Positions 49,501-61,500 of a stretch of 64,000 nt of DNA are shown in pieces (within the stretch, counting starts at the first letter, position 1; each line of letters begins with the position of its first letter). The notes under the pieces were generated by a model. It saw only the letters and a list, made by a program, of their open reading frames with translations. It did no database searches and was not told the origin of the DNA. Location: the NCBI GenBank assembly GCA_964234715.1, contig OZ174280.1, one strand, 5' to 3'. This DNA is from Podarcis melisellensis (Eukaryota). Both the position numbers and the translations under genes were made by a program.

Positions 49501-52500
49501 TCAGGTGAGTGTGTAGCTGAGCTGGCGATGGCAAGCCTATGCATCCAAAATGCAGTAGGAGCACTGAGTCCAAGCAGTGGGACCTTCTCCCCTTTAAGAG
49601 TGTGCTGCTTGCATTACTTCTTCCACAATCCTTAACTCACCATTGGTGAACAATAACAGAAAGAATGAATGAGGGATTGAGTTGGCTTTTCAGTTTAACA
49701 AATCCTTGAAACATATATGAGCTCTCAGCAGCTGCCTGATTTTTGCCATGTCCTGGAAACAGCCATGCTTTCAATGTATGCCTGTGATTAGAGTGCTGAT
49801 TTTATTGGACTGGCCACCCTCAGATTCTTCAAATGTGTTCCAAATAAGAGCATAAGCTGAGGGAAACATTCAGATTCATGGCTTGCTGAAGTAAGCCTTG
49901 CTAATTGAGGTGGACTGTTTCCAGACATTCCTACTCCCATCTCCCGTCCTTGCTGTGCTTTCACCAAGACCTTGAGCAAATAGATACCCCCTGAGTTTTG
50001 CTTGCTCTCTTGCAGTACCCCACAATCGGTGATGGAGGACTCCGAAAGTAAAGAGATTGCAAGAATCACATTTGTCTTTGAAACGATCTGCAGTATGAGT
50101 TGTGAGCTTTATTTCATGGTGGTAAGTTGATCCAGCTTCTCTCTCCAAAGCAGATAAGCTTTCTCTTGCTTGGTTTGCCTTGGGGTTTTGTGCTCCCAAG
50201 GCACAACAGGCTGTAGAAGGCACATGCCCCTTCTTCCTCTGTAGTTGATGCCTTTAGAAAAAGAGGCAAATCTCTTGATGTTTCCCAATTCTGGAAACTT
50301 TCACTGAAATCTATATGTTCCTATGGGGATATTTTCAAAGTTACAATAGCCCACCTGCATCCTGTAGTTACAGCTCTGTGAGGACTCTGTGTCAAAATGC
50401 CACCATGGCGGCGAGAAAAATAAATATAGGTATACCACCTGTTGGTATGTTAAAAAATCAGCATTGTTGATAACGTTAATATTAATAAAAACAGTGTAAG
50501 AGCTGGAAAACTATTCTAGACATATTTTGTTAAGAGATACACTTTGGACAGGTAGCAAGGTCACTTATCATGCACGGTGCAAAATGAAAAAGACTTGTGA
50601 AAATGTTAAAATAAATGAGTATTATTGGGTTTTGCAAATGATGCTCTGAATTTCCTGTGCTTTATGACCTGCAGCCCACATCAGCTTCTCTTGGGCTACA
50701 ATGTGTGTGAAGGAAAATCTCTCCTAGTCACTGTAGCCTCTCTCCCCCAATTTCAGTGTCGTCTTTCCTCTTAACTGCTTCCTTCCCACTAATGCCTCCC
50801 CTCTCCTCCTTTTCAGTTGGCTATTCCAAGGCTCTCATAATCTGTCTGGCATGATTTCCAGGCTTATACTCAAGTTACGAAAATATCTATCTGTAATAAT
50901 AAAGAATTATTTAGGTAGAAAGCGTTGCTTGCTCTTTACTCACTAGGCCCCTGCTTTATCTCTGGTAGGGTGTCAATTCCAGAACCAACACGCCTGTGGA
51001 AACCTGGATTGGCTCGAAAGGAAAGCAATCCTACACCTACATCATTGAAAAGAACGCCACCATGAGCTTCACGTGGGCCTTCCAAAGAACAGCATATCAT
51101 GAGCCGGTAGGGACTATCACTTCCTGGGGAACCTTCTGTTCACAGCCAGTTCCTCAGTTATCCTTTTGATGGGGAGTTCCTTGCCAGGAATCAGAGATAC
51201 CCCAGTGTCTTGCTAATCAAAGATGTCCTAGCAAGGAATAGGCACACTATCCTCATTTGCAGCATCCCACCTTCCCTTTATCAAACGCTTCTACCTCTCC
51301 AAGGCCCTATGGACACTTTCTGTGTTTCGTTCTAGGGAAGAAAATACACCAACGATGTTGCCAAGCTGTACTCTATCAATGTGACCAACGTCATCGAAGG
51401 CGTAGCGTCATACTGCCGGGTGTGCGCTCTGGAATCCTCAGGCTCGTCCTGTACTTCCTGCCCACACGGCCACTACATCGACAGAAGCTCTGGGGGCTGC
51501 TACCCGTGTGCAGCAAACACGTACCTGAAAGCTCACCAGCCCTATGGCAGCCAGGCCTGCATCCCTTGTGGCCCTGGCACAAAAAACAACCCGGTAATAT
51601 TGTCCTCCTTTCTGCCTATCATTTCTGGCCAATTTGCAATGATCTACACTGTTAGCTAAATAAAAGTGCCCCATTAAGTTTATAAATAATTTAGTTGGCA
51701 GAGGGCTTTCCATTAAAAGCAGCAGTAGGGCAGTATCAGTATTAGTATACCATCCCTCATCCAAAATTACAGACAGAATCTGTATGCACAAGAAATTGCA
51801 GATCTGTTGGCCGGCGAGGGTTCCACTTGAAGTGGCAGGCAAGATCCCACCCAGTCAGCAAAGCCTGCCTGCTCACATGGTTTGCATGAGGCCAGATCCT
51901 TAAAAAGAAGATATATAACTGAAAACTTTGTCTTAACAAACTTTTGCATTTTTCTTATTGAAAACGTGGAACCTGTAGACTGAAAGGGATTCTCCCCTTA
52001 CCAAATCATTCCAGAGTTTTGCTTTTAAAAAACCCCAAGCTTGTCTTTCCTCAGAAATATTAAGTTATTTCCTGCCAAAATGGAAATGGCACTAGAACAG
52101 CTAAGCGGTTCATCTCCACATACTCTGTTTTGTGTAATTATCCACATGGTTCCCTGGAGGAAATTGGCAAGTGAGATTCCTGTGAACAGAAGCTTATGGG
52201 ATTCTGGAGCACTATAAACCTGGCCAGCTTGAGAATAATCAGCCACATTTGGGCTCCTTCCTCTCAGAGTAAACTTGGGTTTTACATGGTGCTGGAGACA
52301 CTGACAATTTCTGAGCTCCTCTATGAGGAAATAAATTGACTGTAAAAAAATGTTCTGCTCCCCAGATCCATTCTCTTTGTTACAGTGACTGTCACCTCTC
52401 AGTCATCGCAGAGGGCAGGACTCTGGAGTATGACTTCTCAGCACTGTCTAATAGCACATCCTTTTTGGTGGGGCCCAGTTTTACCACCAAAGGGCTAAAG

Positions 52501-55500
52501 TATTTTCACCACTTCAACATCAGCCTCTGTGGGAATCATGTAAGTACATGGCGAGGCTTCTGAGAAGCCCATCCTCTATGCAGGGCCCCAACATGTGAGA
52601 GTGGCTTATCTGGTACAAATCACCCTTATGGTGTAGAGAATTTCTAGGCACCCATTCTCACCCTGCAACCGCAGAATGTTTCCTTAGCAGAATCCCATCC
52701 TCCTGGCTACTCTAGCTGAACCACTGCAACAAAACAGCTCAAATTCTTGAAGGTCTCTTATCTGTAACTTAAGGGAAATGTTTTACTATTGTGATGCAAC
52801 TGCCCTTCTCTCCTGTGAAAGGATGGGTGTTAATAGATCCCTATGCATTGAAAGTGTGTGTGTGTCCGTGTGTGTGTGTCACAGTATCATTGATTTATTC
52901 CCACCACCAATGACACCTGGTGACCACACACCCTACCTATGCATACAGAACTCTTCGGAATAGGGTCTCTGTTTGTACATAGAGCTTCTCCATGCAAAGC
53001 AGGGTCCGTTTATCCCAGACTCCCCACCCTTGTTATATGTGGGAGTTCTAAGCACATACATTGATACACAAATAGATGCCCTTCCAACATGCATGGGTAA
53101 TGGAAAATGCGGTGATCAGAGCACTGGTGCTAGGCTTTGAGACCCTCCTCGTTGCTTTCAGTGCAATAGGGTGGGTTCATCTGAGTCCTCTTACTATAGT
53201 TCCTTTAAAAATAACTTCAGGTTTTATAAAGACAAGGATCCAGCCAACTCTCTCTCTCTCTCTCTCTCTCTCCCTGCCCCCCTTGCAAATCTCTGAAGGG
53301 AAGGAAGATGGCAACCTGCACAGATAACGTCACAGACATGCACATCCTGGGCAAAGAGACAGAGTTCTCCAAATCAACTTCCTCCTATGTATGCCAGTCC
53401 ATCATTGTCCCCTCTGATGTGATGGCTTACAAATCAGTGGTGTCTTCACAACCCGTGAGCCTGGCAGACCGCTTTGTAGGTGAGAATTGCAGGGAGCATA
53501 AGTCTGTGCTTTGAACAGAGGACTCTGGTTGCTGTTTGATAGGGGCTTTTGCGGGAGTTGCATGTGTTGATTCAGGTGACAGGAACATCCCTGATTATGC
53601 CTTCTAGATAAATCATAGAATCATAGAGTTGGAAGGTACCCAAAGGGTTGTCTAGTTCAACTCCCTGCAAAGCAGGAATTATAGCTAAGGAATCCCTGAC
53701 AGATGGCCATTCAACATCTGTTTAAAAACCTCCAATGAAGGAGAGTCCATCATGTTCCAACGGAGTCCATTCCACTGTCAACAACTGAATGGAAAAGTAG
53801 TGAGTTCAGTGTGGCTTCTTCATCTAAAGCAAAGTCAACTTAGATGAAAATCCTACACTACTCAGTAGCACTAAATTTTAGTTTCCCACTCCAGCTGTGT
53901 TTTTTGCTTTCTGTCCAGGTCCCAGGAAAGCAAAGGAGGGAAAGTCATAGCAATTTCCCTATTTTTGCTGCTTCTTTTTTTAAAAAAGTGTATAGCTAGC
54001 GAGAGAAATGCATCTTTTTTTCGCACTGGGTTCCGTTCTACCTCAAATCACTGGCACCACCTCCAGGCCCATAAAATAAAGTATATTTTATTTTCAGGAA
54101 TTGGCAATCTAGTTTTATTTTATATATTGTCATTTTATTTTTATTTTTTTCAAGACCTGGGAATCCAATAGCTAAACTTGGGTCACTCACACACACTAAC
54201 AGAGCCTAACCAAAGGCATAACAGGCCTCACTTGTTTCTCTGACCCTGATCAGCATTTGTGAGGAAAGCAATGAACAAGACAAGCCTATTTTCTGGAAGC
54301 AGTGAAGAGAGAATTGAAATGGGATTCTCCTCTGTGAAGCTCTTTAGCACAGTCAGTTTTGGGAGAGGGGTGGTCCTGGGAGCGGCCACTGTCTTCTCAG
54401 TGCTGTGTCCTTCTCACTGGTTTGCTTCTAACTTGTAGGAGTAACAAGGGAGACCACTCTGGACAACATCACTTCTTTTCCTGACTATTTCCCTGCAGAG
54501 AATGTGGGCTTACCGGATGTGATATTTTTTTACAGGTAAGCTACAAGACTGCCAAACATAGGTGAAGGCAGTTTTAGCAGTTTTCTTCTGTGGAAAACTC
54601 TGGGTTATTCGTGTGTCTTGGAACATTTTTTAGTATTTCAGCATCACAGGGAATTTGGGGGCTTTGGCATTCTGGAACCTTCCAAAGAGGATTGAACAAA
54701 TAGTAGCTATCAATGGCTACTAGTTGTGATGGCTGTGCTCTGCCTCCACAATCAGAGATAGTAGTGCTTCTGAATACCAGTTTCTAGAAACCATAGGAGG
54801 AGAGAGTGCTCTTGTGGTGAGAGCCAGTATGGTGTAAGTGGTAATCTGGTGAACCAAGTTCGATTCCCTGCTCCTCCACATGCAGCTGCTGGGTGACCTT
54901 CTTTGAAGTCTCTCTGCCCCACTCTCCTCACAGAGTGTTTGTTGTGGGGGAGGAAGGGAAAGGAGAATGTTAGCCGCTTTGAGACTCCTTCGGGTAGTGA
55001 TAAGGCAGGATATCAAATCCAAACTCTTCTTCTTCTTCTTGTGTCAAATCATTCTCTGGAAGGTCTTGGGTTCCGCTGCTTCTTGCTTGCTCATGAGGTA
55101 CACAGTTCATGAGGTACACAGTGATGATTTGCACGTGAACCAGTCACAGGATTACTGCTGTTACCAGCAGGAGTGGCTTTGATTCTGCAGAACCAGTTTA
55201 GCATCCTTTCTCCCCGCCTTCTTCTCAGCTCATCTCTAGCCTCTGGCCGGTGGGACTTGAATGTGTGAGAAGGAAGTTGGATCATTTTTTGGATGCTACA
55301 TTTCAGTGCATTTCTATGCTTAATTTGAAGGAACTTTTCAAGAAATCTTTAGTATTCCCACACCCTGGGAAAACCTATCCTTGTGTTTTGTCCTCCTTTT
55401 TCCTTTGGCCAGATTTCCTTTTTTAGTGCCATTTGTACTGCTGTGCAGCAGTCCTTTGTATGAAAAAGAAAAATGATACAGTACAGTACATGTGTCTTAA

Positions 55501-58500
55501 AAGTATGAAAACATGCTAGAAACAAGGGAGATACAGCACTGTGTTGCCCCCGAGTGACAACTGTATTAGTGAGAAATGCTAGTACTGTGAAGCCTTGTAA
55601 ATGACAGGGCCTTCAGCTTTAGCAGGGATTTCATAACATGCATATATGTTGCAGATCCAGTGATGTGACTCAGACTTGTAGTGCTGGGAGAGCTACTGCC
55701 ATTAGAGTGAGATGTGTTCCTCTAAAACCCCACTCTGGAGTGCTCTCTGTGCCGAGGTAAGTTCAAAGGTTAGTCAGTCTCAATAGCAGGTGCAGCCTGT
55801 TAAAACTACATTCTACTCCAAACTCTACAGTGGGGCAAAAACTGGAAATTGGTGGAGAAAAAAAATATAAATAAATGCTCTCGATGCTGTAAAAATAGTC
55901 ACACTGAGAACAGCACTTACTTTCGTATTGGGTGTACTTGCTTCCAATTCCAGTTGTAATTTATATTTCAGTTTTGTCCACTCCTATGTTTCAAGCTGGT
56001 TGCTCATCTTGTTTATGCGTTTTAATAGTTGCTTTTTAAAATGAGAACTAAGGAATAATGATTTAGCAAAGACTGTAGCTCAGTGGTAGAGCATCTGCTT
56101 TGCATGTGAAGGTCTCTAGTTCAGTCCCTGGCATCTCCTGATAGGGCTGAGAATGTCCCGCCTGAAATCCTGGAGAACCTCTTCCAGACAACATAAACAA
56201 TACTGAGTAGCTGGAGGTCAGACATGGCATAGGGTAGCTTCCTGTGTTCACAACCCTTCTAAAGGCAAAACTAAAAGATGCATAAAAGCATCTCCACTGC
56301 TTAAAGCTTTCTCCCCCCCCCCCCCATAGTAGCTATAACAGCTCCAGTCTGGGTCAGGCCTATAGCACAAGATGAAGTTGTGTTAACATTGACCCTTTCC
56401 ACTCTGCACCATCCCCCCAATAAAAGGCTGCTGTTGCTGATTCAGGGGAAATGATAGAAATGTGCATATGATTTTCCTGCTGTGGAGTTATTTTCATTGG
56501 GAAAATGATACGGGGAGGAATACTAAAACTATTTTATTGTGCTGCACTAGAGTCCCAGTCTGGTTTGGGAGGTGTAGCTATTTTTTTTGGCAAAAAGTGT
56601 AAAGAGACCAAGTTGCATTCATACGCCACCAACTTTATATGACGTTTATCACTGTGACATGCTTCTGGAACCCAGTTCAGTCTCATTTACATTTACAGAC
56701 CTAACCTATCGGCATAAGCTTTGCCATATCCGTTCCTTCACATACCAACTCAACTTCTTTATCTCTTTAAAATGCAGAGGTCTATTGTGTATAGTCAAAG
56801 TAGAATGGTGGTGAAGTGGTCTAACAATGGAGCCTATATCAACCTTGCAGGGTTTAAATTCTTTCATGAATGTCACAGGTCTCCAAGGGGTCTGTGTAAC
56901 TCAGATACAGGAAATGCCTAAGACCTATCGACATCTATGAAAGAAATAGCATTTACAACAAGAACAAGTGTTCCATGCAGCAGAGTTCATACGCTACGTA
57001 CATGAGGCATGGCTTTGGAGTCACTGGTGACAGACTCTTTCATGGCAGGTCTGGGACAAGGTCATGTCTTGACACTCACAACAGCTAGGTCATGAGGTGA
57101 GCCACTGAATAAACTCCATTTCAGATGGCACTTTATAATTTTTCAAACAGCAAGTGCCCTGAAGGAACCTGTGACGGATGCACTTTCCATTTCCTGTGGG
57201 AGACCGTTGAAGCCTGCCCCCTCTGTTCTGCAGATGACTACCATGCTATCATCAGCGCCTGTGTTGGAGGGATTCAGGTAGGGACTCAGAATGGCTTCTT
57301 TTGAGTTCTTATCTTCAGGGCCTGAGAGCTGCCCATTTTTGTGACTATTATATGAACATTAAAACAAGTCATCGACAGCTACGGCAGCCCAATGACCATT
57401 TAGTGAACATGCCCGTTAGGACAGGCAGAGACACCAAATTGAAATACACTATTTCCCCCCCTGGAGTTGTCACAAAACCATACTTGTCTGATCTTAAACA
57501 TGCTTACCTGAAGTCAGTTCCACTGATTTCACAACAATAAACCGCTTCAGCAGCAGGTTAAGCAATGATGTAGCGATTTATTTTTGTTAAGAGGATTATG
57601 TCCCTTCAAGATCCCTCTAGAGTGGTGGTGATACAACTATTATTGTTGCTTTGAATCTGTAAGGTGGCATCAACGCTACATTTCTATATTGGTTTCAGTT
57701 TATTTCCTTGAAAACCATTTCTAAATAGCTTAGCGTAAAATCTCTCCTAAGTGCTACAGGGTAAAACAGAAATGTATTATAAGACCATCAGCATCAAAAA
57801 GAGTACAGAAATGCAACATGAGCTGTGACTGCATGTGATTAAAAGAAGGCCATGCCTGCTTTTCCTTCCACAGAGAACCACGTATGTATGGAGGGAGCCC
57901 AAGCTGTGTTCGGGAGGCATTTCGCTCCCAGATCAAAAAGTCAGCATTTGTAAAGCCATGGACTTCTGGCTCAAAGTGGGCATCTCGGCGGGGACTTGTG
58001 CTGCTATCCTGCTGACTGCAATGACTTGCTACTTCTGGAAGAAAAACCAGAAGTGAGTAGCTGCTTCTGTTGGTGCTCATTATGCATGCATGCATGCTTG
58101 CTTGCTTGCTTCATAGCTGCCCAAGACCTTTTTCAAGGTTACCCTTTAAATCAGATGGCAACCTTGAACAGCACAGCAGAAGCAAATAGGTGTGAGTCTG
58201 TGTTCAAAGATAGCAAGCTCTTCAATAATATGTATATCTTTTATACATTGTTACATGTCAGTGATGGCATTCTCGCCTTCCCCAGTTTGCCTTCTTATCA
58301 TCCTATTCTCAACCCTGCCTATCCTTCCATGCCTAAAAAGCAAGAAAGACCCACCAAAAACAAACCAGTTTTTATTTTCCAGAAGCATTAAGTGCATGCA
58401 ACTTTAACACACAAACAGTGCATGCATAGCCCTGTTCAATAGCACCTTGTGAAAGGGGTGCAGCTTGTGAAATGAGACATCTTCATACGGGCAGTGATAT

Positions 58501-61500
58501 ATAGGGGAAGAACCCCCCCAAAAAAAACCCCCTCTTTACTGGTGGGCAATATGAGACATAGGGCATCAGGTTAGCATTGTGTAGTTACAGGGTTGCTGAC
58601 TGGCTAGGAGTGCCTATGACTTTTCACAAGCCACAGCCCTTTATGAGTCACCCCTTGACCATATTGCTACAAAACTTTCTGATGGATCCTGTGAATTAGT
58701 TTCCCAGCATATGCACTAGAAAAAGCTGGTGGCATTACCAGCAAATATTGAGTGGAGTATGCTGAGCAGTGATCCAGTTCCAACTGTAGTTGTGATGAAA
58801 CCTCTTCAACGAAGAGTGTTTCTTACCCATCAGTTTCTCAACAACTGCAGGGGATCAGGTCTACTGTGGCTTGAATGTACCTGCTGCCAGTGGATTTATG
58901 CTATGATAAGTGTCTCCTTTGGATGCTTACATATGAAAGTATCTGCTGGCAGAGAGGATACCAGTCCCACCACCACTTGAATTAGAAGCCTTCGCAGCTA
59001 GCTTATCTGCACCCAGGAAAGAGGTCTCCACTTTCAAGCAGCAGATGGGGCTCTGAAATGCTCGCTGGCAAAGATCAGCAGCTGAATATTTCCTCTTTGG
59101 AGAAACTGAAATTCAAGCTCCTTTTGAATTTTCTCCAGGAGGGAAAATATCCTACCTTTGCAGTGCATGCATAGGATTAAGCTAATAAATACACATTGTG
59201 AATGTGTATGACTGTGTGTGCTTGTTTGGATGTACAAAACAATTCTTTTTCTACCTGTAACAGTCACCTTTCACGTGGCCTGAGGCAGGGCTTATCATCT
59301 CCAGATTTTAAAGTGATCCCCACCCCCCGCAAGTGTCCCATTTTGGGGACCCAAACTATATTCATCCATCATCCATCTGGCTTTCTCTATGTCTGTCTTA
59401 TATCTTCGTAGGTTGGAGTATAAATATTCCAAGCTGGTGATGAATTCCAGTGCCAAGGACAGTGAGCTGCCAGCTGCAGACAGTTGTGCCATTATGGAGG
59501 GGGAAGATGCAGAGGATGACCTGATATTCACAAGCAAGAATTCTCTCTTTGGCAAAATAAGGGCTTTCACCACAAAGGTAAGGTGCTTTGTGAGGCCCAG
59601 CCTGCACATGTAATGCGCCAGCATGAAGCAACAGAGGCCTTGGGCTTGGCTCCAGTGTTTATCTAACCTGACAGATGTCTAACATGTCATGTTGAACTTG
59701 TGGGGCATATCTGAATAGACAGCTTCCCAATTCACTTAATATGTACAGTATCCCTGAGGTGTGTGTGTGCCTTTCTATAGTAGTCGCTATCCTTTTATTT
59801 TTGAAGTAATGATTTCTAGCATGGGCTGCCGACTGTGCAAGACCCAGGCTGTAGTAGGGGTTTGGGGGGAGGGGAGGGAGAAGAGTGATTAAAGCTTCAT
59901 TCTCCTCCTCTGTCCTGTTAAAAATCTTGACAGAGTAGCAAAAGGAAAAGGACATTTTCTCTCCAAACAAATACATCAAACACAGCTAACCTTCCAGGAT
60001 GCTACAGGCTAGGGACCAATCAAAAGTCATGATTACAGTAACGTCCTCATCCTAGATCTGTGAGCTTTCTCCAGCCTCAGAGTCTATATTCACGTGCTGC
60101 TGTGTTTCCTATTCTACTGACTGATGTTCTGGTTAATGGTGCGCTGCTTTTATTTTTCATTTTATCCCTCCCCCCCTAATGCGGCTATTTGTTTTCCTGT
60201 AGGCTTCTCTTAGGTACAGTCAGGCATGGCAGGAGTCTGTGTGTAGGGCTGTTCTCAATAAGCTAAGAGGAGGAGTCTTCCAGGTAGATAGAGACCAAAT
60301 GTAGATGGTATTGTCTTGTGTCCCCTATGTCTAAAAACAAGCCAGCTGACTGAGGGCGTATAGTAACCAAATGGCATTGGATGGGATGACAATATGGCCT
60401 TGTGACATCTGACTGGGACCCAGCATGGTATGGTATTCTTGGGAAATCCAAGCCACGCTGCCAGCTTTCTACAGCTGCAGCCTCTCCTTTCCCAAAGGGG
60501 GATGGTGCCACAACCTTTATTTTGGAGGAGGAAGGCAAGGAAGCCCAATGTGTGCTGGAGACACACCAATGGGTGTTAATTCAGGCTGCAAGTATAGGAT
60601 GCTAAACTTACCCAGAAAGGTCCTTGAGCCCTGGCTTGTCTCTGGAACAAGTAGCTGCTGCTCGTTGTGCTGTCCAGAATCATATATGACTGGCTCTGTG
60701 TCACATATCTGCCTGCCTTTTGCTCAGTTTCGTCTTCTGAGAGCCAGAGCCAGGGCTGCTCTGACTTGATGGAGCTGGGGAGAACCAAGGCAGAGCTATG
60801 GAAATCTGGGCCTGTGGGGTTCAAATGCCATGTCTGGAATAAATTATGGGAACTGAACACTGTACACGGAATGTGGGTGGGTTTTCTCCACTCCCCTGCA
60901 AATTACAAGCAAAGTGGGCCTTTCTGCTTGTGACCCAAAAGTTATTCCCACCCCCACCACAGTAAATACATTCTGTTCAAATGTTGGCGAACTCTCATGT
61001 GTACGGGCTTGCCTTGCTTGAATTAGGGTCTTTAATCAAGAGGTTATGAATATTCAGCTGTTAGCATATATTTCTATTTGCAACATAATAGTTCCTTATC
61101 CTCACAACAAGCCTGATGCAACTGCTGCGATCACCCCATTTTGCAGATGGAGGCCAAAATAATTATTTTGCACAAAGCTGCTGGTGAGGTTATTGCAGAA
61201 ATGGAGTTTGAACCATGTCCAGCACCCTATCCACAGGGTGGAAACTTCTGAATTCAGTCCTCTCTGGGTGCTGGTTGCTGAGTGGCTCCCACAAGGCTCA
61301 GTGACAACCCTCACCTCCCCACCAACTGTCTCTTCTGAATGCACTGCTATCCAGCACAGGTTGCTTCCATGCTAAGGTCCTTAAGTACTCCAGAGATGTA
61401 GCTTTTTGCAGCCAGCTGGAAGTAGAACTAAACCGTGGTTCCATATAGCACTTAGGTAGCACTGTGTTTCCCGTAACACTCCTACAATAGCCATTCTGAC